Assembly (NCBI GenBank): GCA_951406725.2
Contig: OX597820.1
Location: 127,162,001 to 127,226,000, forward strand
Reading direction: 5' to 3'
Length of the DNA: 64,000 bases
DNA from: Octopus vulgaris
Taxonomy: Eukaryota
In this document: positions 1 through 13,284 of the stretch, one piece after another
Position numbering within the stretch: position 1 is the stretch's first letter
Layout of the letters: every line of letters begins with the position of its first letter
The notes under the pieces: model-generated
Told to the model about the DNA's origin: nothing
The model's database searches: none
What the model saw: the letters and a program-made list of their open reading frames with translations, nothing else
Translations under genes and position numbers: made by a program

Positions 1-224
1 GACTTCCAGTTTCTGTCTATCAAATCCACTCACAAAGCTTTGGTTGGCCTGAGGCTATAGTAGAAGCCCAAAGTGCTCTGCAGTGGGTCTGAACCCAAGA
101 CCACATGGCTGGAATGTAAGCTTCTTAACTACAGTCACATCTGTGCCAATGAAGCCAGATCTGCAACCATTAAAGCATATCATATTTAAAAAGTTACTAG
201 GCAAAAGAAAACAAAAATGACAAA

Positions 225-380
225 TCTCTTATATAAAATCCATTCTCTGTGTGTGTCTTCTCGGATCCCGGGCATCTTCCATCTGATTGCGCTCAAATTT
301 GGTATGTAGATACCGACGGTATCAGGGCATGTATAAGTCTTGAAAAAAATTACAAAAATTGATTCCAGGTGAGAATGCGT
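225..380 (+). mobile_element. Probable Helitron 5'-end fragment
   Basis: A|TCTCTTATATAAAA...tgtgtgtgtc...gcgctcaaatttggtatgtag, typical Helitron left-end organisation; no 3' end seen. Confidence 0.45.
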
Positions 381-1445
381 CAAGCCAAGTGAAATTGTTG
401 TTATGGCTGATGCCGGTGTCACGTACCTGGTACCCTTGCCAGTGGCACGTAAATACACCCTTGAAACATTGGGCCTCACAGAGGCAATGATTAGTCGTGG
501 CCAATGCCGGTGTCATGTAACTAGCACCTGTGTCGGTGACACATAAAAGGCACCCATTTCACCCTTGGAGTGGTTGGCATTAGGAAGGGCATCCAGCTGT
601 AGAAACTATGCCAAACTAGATTGGAACCTGGTGTAGCCCTACAGTTTACCAGTTTCAGTCAAACCGTCTAACTCATGCCATCGTGGAAAGCAGACACTAA
701 ATGAAAATAATGATTGCTTATTTTTGAAAGACATTGTAGGGTAGGAGTGAGAGGCAGGAGCTGGCTGGTTTGAATACTAAAGGGTTAAAAATCACCTCAT
801 TATTTTCTGTATGGATGTAGTTTTTAATACTTTAGGTTTCTCAACAATAATAATAATAATAATGCCTTCGAGAAAGACATTAATGCCACGTAATCTAACC
901 TCGCACATTCATTTTATAGGGATGTATAATAAATATAGCTTCAGAACTAATTCTTTTGTATGAAATCAAAATGTAATATCTAATATTCCCTATCCAAATT
1001 GAGGGTTACGTAATAGCAGATGGTTCACGAAATAGGAATTATTGAAATTCTGGGTGCTTTCTTTTTTATATTTTTTTCTGTTTTGATTCATCTGAGAATC
1101 TTAGACACCCCTCAAAAGCTGGCTTTCTGCCTCATTAGAAGAAATCAATATTGTAGTTCACTGTTTCTTAAGTACAGTTTTTTGAATATGATATGCAGCA
1201 AATAAGTATGGGGTATGACTGTGCTGATGAAAAGCTCACTCTGTGACCATGTGCTTTCAAGTTCAATCTCTTATTACATGGCATCTTGGTCAAGCGTTTT
1301 CTGTTACAGCCTCTGGTTGACCTTTTGAGTGAATTTGGTAGACATAAACTGTATGGAAGCCCATTTTGTGTGTGTGTGAGAGGTGTTTGTCATACCCCAG
1401 CTGGCACCCACTTGCTACCATTTAACAACTAGTGTTGGTTTGCTT

Positions 1446-1677
1446 ACCTCCTTGACGATTTCATCTCAATCGAAGGAGAGGGGCTTTCTCCGTCCGGGTT
1501 GCGGATCCGTGGAATAAGCTGCCGGACGAGATGGTGAAGATGCCAACGACCGCTTGGTTCAAAGTCTCTCTTGACCAGAAATGGTCTGAATTCTTTGTAT
1601 GACCACCTTCCTTGTCCCCCTACATGGCCTTGCTTTTGCTTTTTGGGCCAATAAAAATTGAATTGAATTGAAAAAAA
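1446..1677 (+). mobile_element. CR1-clade LINE 3' end inserted into a SINE
   Basis: Translates ...FSVRVADPWNKLPDEMVKMPTTAWFKVSLDQKWSEFFV* (CR1 ORF2 C-terminal motif FS.RV...WN.LP...FK..LD), short 3'UTR, AATAAA and (AATTG)n tail; host SINE resumes at ~1678. Confidence 0.85.
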
Positions 1678-2986
1678 CATAGTGGTTTGGCATAAAAGAC
1701 TGACAGAATAAGTATTAGTCTTAAAGAATATACTGGAATCAATTTTTTTCCACTAAAGCCCTCTATCACAGTGCCCCTGTATAGCCACAGTTCAATAACT
1801 GAGACAAGTATTAAAGAAAAGCAAAAAGAATATACATACATTGCTAACATCTGCAAAGATGGCATAAATATCTCACACTTTATTTACCCAACTGCTCTAA
1901 GAACTCAAAGCCTTGTGCTTCTCTGTGCATGCAACCAGTCTTTTTCCAGTGGAATAAACCAGCCACTCTTCGGTGACTTATTCCTCTGTTTTATCGTAGA
2001 TTTTTAAACTATCATCCATGTATTAATTTTGACATTATCTTGGCACTTCTCCATTTGAATGTCAGTTCTGTTCAACAAATTGGAGTTTTTTTTTTTTTTT
2101 ACTTTCTTCTATTTTTGATTTAGTTTTCTTAGATTTCTTTCCAAACATGTTAATGCTTTGTTTTTCTTATTTATCCCAATCTACTTTGATCAATAATATA
2201 CTAATAAGAAAGAAAAAAAGAATATTAAACTTAAGCATCAAATAATTTTGTAACTGGCGTCTGTTTGTATTGTCTTCTGTGTTAGGATTTCATTTGTCTT
2301 CAGACTTCTTTCTTATCTAATTTCTGCTACACTGAAGCTTCATTTAATCTCTCTGGACTATTTTAAAAGTATGCCACCACATGGTGGTTGATCTAACATG
2401 TTTGATCTACCTTTGAAAGTTCAATCTCATTACCATATTTATTATTCCCACTTGCTTGTGAACTATGGGATAAGCCTCTTCTTTTTTTTTTTTTTTTAAA
2501 TATTCAGATAGGGTTGATTTAAAAAATTTTTTGTTTTATATTATTATTTTCATTCTGGTTTTAAACTTTTTTAAAGAAAAAAAATACAGTAAATCTGATG
2601 TTTAGAAATAGTAATGGAGAAAGAAGCATTGAGAAATTTATGAATAAGTTATTTAGCTCTGTACCTCAAAGCAAATTCTGTTATAAATAATTGTGATATA
2701 TTGAGTAGACAACTCCTTGGATGGAAAAAATGTCTTGATGGCAACTTGGAAGATACAAACCAATAATCTTTTGTTCTTATATCAGATGTGCAGACTATCC
2801 TGGGTTTTTTTTAGCCCAATTTGTTACAGGTGAAGGTGTAGCTGTGTTGGTAATAAGCTTGCTTCCAAACTACATGGTCTTTGGTTCACTTCCAACATGC
2901 AGCACCTTGTGTGTCTTCTACTCTAATCCCAGCCTGACCAAGCTTTGTGAGTGGATGTGGTATATAGAAACTGAAAGAAGCGCTTT

Positions 2987-3029
<43 letters not shown>

Positions 3030-6000
3030 TGTGTGTGTGTGTGTGCCCTTTTGACATCATGTGACGGTTGTAAACAAGCGTCACTGTGATGTTTGTTTCT
3101 GGTCTTCTGTGGAAAACCTGTTTGGTCAGGTGAGGGTTGATGACAGGAAGAGGGCATCTGTCTGTAGAAAATCTGCTTCACCAGGTTCTGTTCGACCCAT
3201 TCAAGCATGGAAAATTGGATGTTTAATTATGATGATATTTACAAGCTGTTGTACTTTGAGACAAATACAGTTAAATGATATATTTTTGTAAAATTTAACC
3301 CTTTATCTGGCCAAAATATATAATCTGTTTTCTGTTCAAACTGACCAGATCCAATAACCTACAATGTTATTCTACATTAGGTAATTACACCATCAAGATC
3401 TTGAAGACATGAGATAATGCATGATTAATTCAAATCAATGTGAATCAATTAGCATTATGTTTGATAGAATAATCAGAACACTCAGGGATTAAACAGCACA
3501 CATTCATCAAACTGAAATTGAAATCAAATTGAAATCAACAATAATGATAATTCTTTCTACTCTAGGCAGGCAGGAGACTAAAATTTTGAAGGGGAGGGGG
3601 GCTAGTTGATTATTGCATTGATCCCAAATGGATGAAAGACACAGTTGACCGTGGCAGAATTTGAGCTGAGAAGGTAAAATTGGAAGAAATGCTGCTAAGC
3701 ATTTTGTCTAGTGTTGTCATGATTCTGCCTACTCACTACCGTAATAATAATAATAATGACCCTTTCTACTATAGGCATTTTTGTAGAAGGGGCTTGTTGA
3801 TTACATTAATCCCCAGTACTCAACTGATTCTTATTTCATTGACCACAAAAGGATTTAAGGCAAAGTTGACCCCTGCAGAGTTTGAACTTCAAACATAAAG
3901 TCTGATGAAATTCTAAGCATTTTGTCCAGCATGCTAACAATTCTGCCAGCTTACTACCTTAATAACAATGATAATAATAATAAAAGGTGAAAATGAAATT
4001 TGTTTTGCATTGAATATTAATTTTGTATTGAAATATAAATTTAATATACAGTAGAAAGCCACTCATTGTGGTCGTTGTAAGCTAAAGCCATTCTGAAAAG
4101 AATTACCAAGTAATGACAATAACTGATTGACAACATTAAGCAAATAAAATTTGGTAACAACTAATTTTGATAACAATAACCAATTGATAACATTATTTGT
4201 GTTTCTAATAAACAACTTCCACTCTGTCTCTTTTGGGTTTGTGCTTACTCATGTCAGGCCCATTGTTTACCACAGTCAGGGTATGCGTATAATGAACTGC
4301 CATCCTAGCATTTTAGAGTCATGGAATTAACCTTTTTATTACCATATTTCTGTTGAATTTATCTTGAAAATAGTGAATTTAGTAAAATAATTGTCATTAA
4401 TTGAGCTGGTGTTTGGAAATAAATTAACATGAAATCTTAATGGAAGCTTTTAATTTAGTTCGCTTTCAAAACAGGAACCAGAATAGTCAGCCTCAGGTGA
4501 ATTGCAAGAACTACAGTAATCTATTAAAATAGTGGGACATCTTTGAAAAATGTTTAAAGACATTTTTATCTTTATTTGTTGATTGAAAAAAGACATACAA
4601 GAGCTGTTCCTTGTAGTTTTCTTTTGTCCAGAAATTTGCACCCCACTTTTGAGAATTTGTCTTGAATTTCATATCAGTCTTGCTTGTGTTATGGTAATTC
4701 TGGCTAGCTAGCAGAAACTGGCAAAATTGCTTGAGAGATGAATAGAAATACCTTGTGCTACTATGACTCTATATATTCTGAGTTCAAATTCTTGCTGAGG
4801 TAGACCTTGACTTAGATCATTCCAGGGGTCAATAAACATGAGCACTAGTCAAGAATTGGGTCTGAGATAATTAACTGCACAACCACCACCAAATGTCTGA
4901 TCACAAAATGCTTATAAAATATAATGTCTGATTACAAAATGTAATCAGACATTATAAAATATGTCTGATTACAAAATGCTTATAAAATATAAATATGATT
5001 TGTAGCCTATGCTACAAATCATATTTATATTTTATAAGCATTGGAGTGGCAGAATCATTAGAACATCAGACAATACAATATACCTTGCAATATTTTTCAT
5101 GTTCCTTATGTTCTGAGTTCAAATCCTGCCATGATCAACTTTTCTATTCACTCTTCTAGAAATAATAAAATAAGCACCAAGAAATACTGGGGTCAATTAA
5201 ACCCCTTTGGTTACAATATCTCAGAAATTTGTACTGCTTTTTGTCAGTTACTTTTGAAAATAGTGAAGAATTTAGTAAAATAGCTTTGTCATTATTAAGC
5301 TGGAGTTTGGAATTTAAATGGACATATTTTGAATGAAAAACAAAACAAAACAGGTATTTCTGTTTGAATCTGCCTGAGCATAGGAGGAATTACAACCGTG
5401 TTTCGTGGTCTGCTACCACAACAGCTCCTTTATAGGATCCAGTTAGCTCAAGACATCATCAGGAGGAACCACGTCTGGTTTCGGCCCCTACTCCTCTACC
5501 GTTTTGACGTGGCGGGCCCCCCTCCCCCCTTTCAGCGGTGTCTTCAGCTCTGGTGTTGGGTGCATGTCTTCTTTCTTCTTCTTTCTCCTGTTCCCTGGCC
5601 TCTTCGATGTACCGGCAGCAAGTGTCAGCCGGTGACTGACTGACTTGTCAAATTTTTCCCTTTAAATACTTGCTGCTAGGCTCCAGCAGGCAGCCCCAGC
5701 AAGTTGTCACGTGACACTGTCTCTCCATAACTGACTAGTGAAGGCGCGTAGTTTTAGCCTGTGCATTCTCTAAACGACCGTCACCTGTCAATCAGCAAAG
5801 CTGATTCAGTCTCAGCTTGTCTCACCTAATGATGTTATTTCCCGACGGCATGTTATGACTTTCAGGCCATTTTTGGTCTTCCCGCTTCAGCCATATATAG
5901 AAGCTGGCTTTTTTTCACCGCCTCCTGTACTCTCTTTGAATGAATAATAAATTATATAGATGTGTGTATGTGTGTAATATATGTATATATCAATCATCAT

Positions 6001-6249
6001 ATGTCTATTGTCCATGCTGGCATGGTTGGACACTTTGACCAGAGCTGGCAAATTGGAGAGCTGCAGGGCCCCAATCTGATCTGGCTTGGTTTCTAAGGTT
6101 CGATGCCCTTCCGAATGCCGACCACTCTAGAGAGTGTGCTGGATGCTTTTACATGGCACCACATAGGTGCCTTTACATGGCACCTGCACAGGACTCTTGC
6201 AGGCCAACCCTCTCCACTTGTGGGAGACCAGCCTTTACACTTCTGCTGT

Positions 6250-6622
6250 GGCACTCCATCGGTTATGACGACGAGGGTTCCAATTGATCCAATCAACAGA
6301 ACAGCCTGCTCATGAAAATAACGTGCAAGTGGCTGAGCACTCCAGAGACTTGTCTACCCTTAACATAGTTCTGAAGGAGATTCAGCGTGATGCAGTGTGA
6401 CAAGGCTGGCCCTTTGAAATACAGGTATAACAGAAACAGGAAGAAAGAGTGTGAGAAAGTTATGATGAAAGAGTACAGCAGGGTCCGCCACCACCCCCTG
6501 CCAGTGCCTTGTGGAGCTTTTGTGTTTTTGCTCAATAAACACTCACAACACCCGGTCTGGGTATCGAAACTGCGATCCTACAACCACAAGTCCGCTGCCC
6601 TAACCACTGGGCCATTATGCCT
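6250..6622 (-). mobile_element. SINE family D
   Basis: tRNA-like head on the minus strand (GGCCCAGTGGTTAG...GTTTCGATACCC); shared block gcaagtggctgagcactcc...gacaaggctggccctttgaa also at 27770-27920, 28260-28560 and 38150-38440. Confidence 0.8.
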
Positions 6623-6751
6623 CCTATACAGACACACACACGTGTATAGTAATAGTAGGGATTTGAAGAATATCATTCTGAGGGTTCGTCTGTCAGCTCC
6701 CTTCTCAACACCCTTTTATAGATGGATGTACACATGCATATATGAATATAG

Positions 6752-7137
6752 ACTCTCTTTTTATTCTTTAATTCGTTTCAGTCATTTTGACTGCGGCCAT
6801 GCTGGAGCACCGCCTTTAGTCAAGCAAATTGACCCCAGGACTTATTCTTTGTAAGCTTAGTACTTATTCTATCAGTCTCTTTTGCCAAACCGCTAAGTTA
6901 CGGAGACATAAACACCAGCATCAGTTGTCAAGCGATGTTGGAGACAAACACAGACACACACACATACATATATACACGTATACACGACGGGCTTCTTTCA
7001 GTTTCCATATACCAAATCAACTCACAAGGCATTGGTCAGCCCGAGGCTATAGTAGAAGACACTTGCCCAAGGTGCCATGCAGTGGGACTGAACCTGGAAC
7101 CATGTGGTTGGTAAGCAAGCTACTTACCACACAGCAC
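6752..7137 (-). mobile_element. Near full-length tRNA-derived SINE (family A; octopus-type)
   Basis: Minus strand reads GCTGTGTGGTAAG (A box) ...GGTTCAGTCCC (B-box-like), internal (TG)n and a 3' tail GGTGCTCCAGCATGGCCGCAGTCAAAATGACTGAAAC plus A-rich repeats. Confidence 0.9.
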
Positions 7138-8465
7138 CTATATATATATATATATATAGATTCATATGTATATTTTGTATGCATGTTAATGTTGATGTAA
7201 TATCTATTATTTAACGAACAAGATTATGAAACAACTGTAAGCAAATGGAATAAACATCTCCACTCTCACCTCACATATATAATTGTCCATTCTTGTTCTG
7301 GAGACAGTCAGCTTTTAACACAAACATTTTCCTTTTTTGTTTGTATCTTTGGTCAATTTACAAACTGTTCCTTGTGGGACCTATTTTAAATGACATTTGC
7401 ATGGGCTGGTGAGCACTAGTTGTGTGTTGTCTATGGGGACACAGGTTAACAGTCCTGGTGGGATACCAGCTGCTGTCACTTCAGCTGATGAGGGGTTAAC
7501 ATTCCATTGACTCAGCCGACTGCAATGTTATCTTCTTCTTTTTTCTCCCTTAAAAGCAAAGTAATTATTTCAGTCCTAAAACATGTGTATAGATATTTGG
7601 AGATCAATACAATCTATGCCAAAAATGAAATAGAGTAAACGGAAGGTTCAATTGTTAAACGTAAAAAGGTCAAATTTTTTTCTTTCCCCTACCACTGATC
7701 AAATATATTTTTTTTTGTTAACATAAGGTTTCCTCTTTCTTGTTTGTTATTTCTTTTTTATTTCTTTCTAGCATTAATATGTTGTTAATTCCATAGCTAA
7801 CAGCCTTCCCATTTTAGTATGAATTAATTAACCATGCTGTTGTTTATTTCAGTGGATGATCGATTCTAATTGCTTTATATACTAAGGTGTAGAATAAAAT
7901 AGAATTAAAAAAATTGTATTTCTTTATAACTATTGTTTCCTCCTTTGTGTGGTTATGTGATTACCAAGAGGTTAAAGTTGATGGTATGTTGGGAAGATCT
8001 GTTAGGTTTTGTTTGTAATGAATTAATTCCCAAGCTACAATTGATGTGCAATTTAATCAAAATAGAATGCAGTTTTCTCTCTTACTCCTTCTCCCCCCCT
8101 CCCTCAACCATTTGTTTGTCTTTCTGTTGCTGACACAATTTGCAAAAGTTGTGTTGTACGCACACACTCACACACTCTTCTGCTCATAACACTGTCACAA
8201 TATACTCTTACTACACAACACTATATCAATCACTATTCTATCTCTTTACTCTTGCATAGACAAATACAGTCTCTTCAATAAATTCCAACAGATTTTCTTT
8301 CTTTTTTTTCATTGCTGAGTCTGGATGAAAGGGAAGAGTCCATGACTTGCAAATCCTCTGAGGCCGATGCCATTTAAGCCCAGAATTGAAAGAGATGGAA
8401 CAAATGCTGCTAAGCTTTTTTTGTCTTGTCTGGTGACAGTTCTGCCAGCTCTTAACCTTTATATA

Positions 8466-8815
8466 TCGTGGCTGTGTGGTAAGAAGCTTGTTTCACAAAC
8501 ATATAGTTCCAGGTTCAGTTCCACTGCATGGCACCTTGGCCAAGTGTCTTCTACTGTAGCCTTAGGCTGACCAATAGCTTGTGAGTGGATTTGGTAGAAA
8601 CTGAAAGAAGCCAATTGTGTGTGTGTGTGTGTCTGTCCATCTGTCCAACGCCACCACTTGATAACCGGTCTTGTGTTTATGCTCCCATAACTTGGCAGTT
8701 CAGCAAAAGAGAATGATAAGGACAAAGCTTAAAAAAAAAAAAAAAAGAAAAGTTCAAGGCTGGTGCTCCAGCATGGCTACAGTCTTGTGATTGAAACAAG
8801 TAAAAGATGAAAGAT
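8466..8815 (+). mobile_element. Family A SINE
   Basis: Same head, body and tail. Further copies or fragments at about 1-140, 1205-1760, 2829-3235, 11140-11315, 14566-14940, 32900-33310, 39055-39255 and 59440-59580. Confidence 0.85.
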
Positions 8816-9251
8816 ATACATATGTATATAGATATATAAAGTATGATGTTAGCAACAAAAGTACTTAAGTTCTATGCCATGAAAGCAAATGTTCTGATAT
8901 TCCCTGGTGATTTTAGCTGACAGTTATTGTTTTGGCAATCATCAGTTTTGTTCATCTACGTAACAAATGGAATAAGCTGAACATTTGCCCCCCCCCCTGA
9001 CATAAAACTTTGTTTATTAGTAACAATAAAGTGTATATATACTCACACACATACACCTCAATAATTCTCATAATCATTGAGTACATATTTTGCCAAGCTT
9101 ATCAACAAAAGAATAGTTTGTTTCCCAACCACATGGTTCTGGGTTCAGTCCCACTGCATGGCACCTTTGGCAAGTGTCTTCTATTGTGGGCCCCCAAACC
9201 AACTAAAGCTTTGTGAATGTATTTGGAAACTGGAAAAAGCTCATTGTGTGT

Positions 9252-9445
9252 GTGACCGCGTGTGGACCGTTGGTGATTTTTTTCCCCTCTGTCTTCCCTT
9301 CTCTGGATCTTTCCTTCTCCTATGTTTCCGACGAAGAGCTCCGCTCGAAACGTTAAACCCTCCTTCTTCCCTTCTTTCCTGAGCGTCCAATAATACTATA
9401 TTTGTTCCACGTCCTCGCGTTGTGTTTTCATGTTTGGATTAACTA
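9252..9445 (+). mobile_element. Penelope-like pLTR fragment containing a minimal type I hammerhead motif
   Basis: GTTT-CCGACGA-A-GAGC(TCC)GCTC-GAAA-CG-TT-AAAC at 9324-9358; second copy at 17326-17517. Confidence 0.7.
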
Positions 9446-9827
9446 TATATATGTGTATATATATATGAGAATTTTTTGCATAAGATAAAAAAAAAACCAA
9501 GGCTGTGTAGGTATTAGAGCATTTATAGATAGCTGTAAGACCCTGTCGCAATATTACCGAATCTGGAACTTAACTATGGTCTGTCTATAGCATTTATTCA
9601 GCATTACCTGATACCTTTGGGTCTCAATGACACCATTATCTCTTAGATATATATATATATGTGTGTGTCTTTGGCCCCTGTGATTGTCATCTACTACTAC
9701 TTGACAACCAGTATCAGTCATTTTAACCAACCAATTATGCCAAATGACTGACGGTAAAATTAAAAGAACAGTTTTACAATGTATCAGTCTCTGTGTTCTT
9801 TGTAATTATGTGATTGGTGTGTGTGTG

Positions 9828-9868
<41 letters not shown>

Positions 9869-9916
9869 CTCTTCTGTGTATGTGTATATATACATGCACA
9901 CACACACACATATATA

Positions 9917-9964
<48 letters not shown>

Positions 9965-10419
9965 GAATGCATAGACATGTTTGGTTAAGAAGTTGGCTTC
10001 CCGACCATGTGATTTCAGGTTCATTCCCACTGCACACCACTGTTCTAGCCATGGGCCAATGAAATCCTTGTTAGTGGATTTGGTAGATGGAAACTAAAAC
10101 AAGCCAATCCTCTTTCTCTCTCTCTCTCTCTGTGTCCTTGATATAACGTGGTAGTTCTAACCTATCATCACCATACTGGTACATCATCTGTGTTCTGTCG
10201 TCTGTGAAGGACATGTCCAGCCATGAGAAAATATTATGTTGCTTGGGAACAGGAAGTCTACAGTCTTAGAAATTCTTCTTCAATGAATTTTGTCTGCTCC
10301 ATCTAAGCATCGAAAGTGGCTGTGGTAGTGATGATGGCACTGAGGATAATGGTGGTGATTGCTGTGACAGCCATGCTGGAGCAGAGCCTTGAAGGGTTTT
10401 TGTGAAAGCAAGTTGGACA

Positions 10420-11115
10420 AGCATCCTTCACATTTGCCATGGCTGACAAAGAGAATCTGAGAGAAGAGAAAACTAACCACAAACACCAAAATTGTTGTCT
10501 ACAAGGCATGTGTCCTCATCATACTACTTTACGGCAGCGAGATACAGAACCTCTACGCCAGATAGAATCAGCGCCTCAATGTCTTCCACCCTTGTAGCCT
10601 GGGATGCATTTTGGATGTCAAGTGGACTGGTCAAGTCACCAATACTGAAGTTCTGAATTGTGCCAAGATACCTAGCATATTTACCTTGCTCCAGCAGTGC
10701 CATCTGCACTGGGTTAGTCACATATATTGTTTGCCAGATGGGAGGATCCTAAAAGACCTCCTGTATGGGCAACTGGAGACTGGCACAAGGACAACCTCAT
10801 TTTCATTTCAAGGATGTTGGCAAGAGAGATTTGGACATCCTCAGATGGCAAGAGGTCGTGAATGATTGTCTACACTTGAGACAAGTTCTACACAAGAGGA
10901 TGGAGCAAGGGAAAGAGAAACTAAAATTTGCCACTAAAGAAAAGGTCACTTGAAGAAAGGAAAACTCATTCGCACCCATAGAAAGCATCTTCAAATGCAA
11001 TCACTGCATGTGAGATTGCTGCTCTCATGTGGGCCTGTATTGCCACTGCAGACATTGCACGGCCGTCAGCAGCTGACACAAAACTATCCAGGTGCAGATC
11101 CATGGTCCTACAATC
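10420..11115 (+). mobile_element. Decayed RTE-clade LINE ORF 3' part
   Basis: TKIVVYKACVLIILLYGSE...ILDVKW...VTNTEVL...LHWVSHIYCLPDGRILKDLLYGQLETG, with stops and frameshifts. Confidence 0.88.
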
Positions 11116-11696
11116 ATGATAAATGCTTATGAAATGTATGCGCACACACATAGATAACGGTGTCCTTTCAGTTTCTAAACTACCAAATCTCCCATCAAGG
11201 CATTGGTCAGCCAGGGTTATAGAAGACACTTGCCCAAGGTGCCACACAGTTGAACTGAACCTAGAACCATGTGGTTAGGAAGCAAACATCTTATGACATA
11301 GCCATACCTGCACCTGTAATGGATTTTTCTCTCTTTGAGGCCAAATTTCTATTCATTAGTTCATTTGCCTTTTCAGCTGTGATTCTGTCGTAGATCTGTA
11401 TAACCATAGTTGGCTCGGACTAGATACACTTCAGCAGACGGTGGGGAAACTATTCCACTACTTCATACTCTGCTATTAATGCCATCTTTCATGTTGTATA
11501 GTTAAACTATCACGAAAATATTCCATACTCAATAAAACAGACTTGGTTGATTTTGTGGTCTTTGATCCAAGAAGCCATGTAAGGCAGTTTATATATATAC
11601 ATTTTTTTTAACAATTCTCTTGTAGGCTTTTACTTTTACATAAATGGATTTACAGAAAAAAGCCAGAAAAATCTACAAAATGCAACAAAAAAGAAT

Positions 11697-12286
11697 CTGA
11701 TTGGTCTTCTATAAACTTCATTTTTCTTATTTTATATACACACACACACACCTATACACACACACACCTATACACACACACACACCTATACACACACACA
11801 CACCTATACACACACACACACACCTATACACACATACACGCCTATACACACACACCTATACACACACACACACACCTATACACACACACACACACACACA
11901 CCTATACACACACACACACACCTATACACACACACACACACCTATACACACACACACACCTATACACACACACACACACCTATACACACACACACACACC
12001 TATACACACACACACCTATACATACACACATACCTGATTGGTCTTCTATAAACTTCATTTTTCTTATTTTATATACACACACACACCTATACACACACAC
12101 ACCTATACACACACACACGCCTATACACACACACATACCTATACACACACACACCTATACACACACACATACACACACACACACATACACACACACACCT
12201 ATACACACACACACCTATACATACACACATACCTGATTGGTCTTCTATAAACTTCATTTTTCTTATTTTATATACACACACACACC

Positions 12287-12320
<34 letters not shown>

Positions 12321-12352
12321 CACACACACACACCTATACACACACACACACC

Positions 12353-12409
<57 letters not shown>

Positions 12410-12530
12410 CTATACACACACACACACCTATACACACACACACACACACACCTATACACACACACACATATATACATATACACATGCATGTACACACACA
12501 CACACATATATACATACACACACATACATT
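11697..12530. repeat. Compound tandem repeat: three identical ~40-bp unique heads each followed by CCTATA(CA)n arrays
   Basis: ctgattggtcttctataaacttcatttttcttattttatatac at about 11697, 12033 and 12233. Confidence 0.95.
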
Positions 12531-12706
12531 TTTTTCTTCTGCTGTGATTATAGCTGATCCGACACATTTACTCGATTCATGCAAATTTTACTAAGTCTTG
12601 AGAGAGATCAATATTCAAAATGGCTGGAATATTTATGCAATGAATCAAGGAATTTTAATGTCAAAATGTGTTGGAAATTCTCTTTGACATAAGGAATCTA
12701 TGTGTG

Positions 12707-12754
<48 letters not shown>

Positions 12755-12923
12755 CACGTACACACACACACACACACACGCATTCATACCTATGTATATG
12801 TAGTCATAGTTTTATGTATGTATGCTACATACAAAGACTTATGCATATGTATGTACGTATATATATCTACATACATACATAGCCACATGTACTTAGAAAG
12901 ACGTGTACACACATGCATACATG

Positions 12924-12965
<42 letters not shown>

Positions 12966-13245
12966 TATATTATGTAAACAGTTCTGATCATTTAACTAGC
13001 ATAATTTTCTGTGCCTCATTGACTGCCTATTAAATCTTCATGGAGCCATTTTACCATTTTAGTCTGCAGAACGAAGTAGCACTGACTTGTAGATCAGAAG
13101 AATAATTATAGTAATTTCCATTTCCATAGCATCATCAGTAATTTCATATTTTATTGAGTGATATAAATATTTTAGTATCCAATGTTTCTGCCAACAGGTA
13201 GCTAATGTTAAAATATGGATCTTCTTTTTCTCCTTTTCCAGTGAT

Positions 13246-13284
<39 letters not shown>

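Noticed and set aside
2800-2836. ttgttacag|gtgaag as a recursive splice site
   Set aside because: Coincides with the 5' end of a SINE and the pyrimidine tract is weak.
9744-13033. HT/CV/YI-rich ORFs here and at 41669-42361, 53130-53493 and 61855-62384
   Set aside because: Translations of (CA)n, (TG)n and (TA)n microsatellites.
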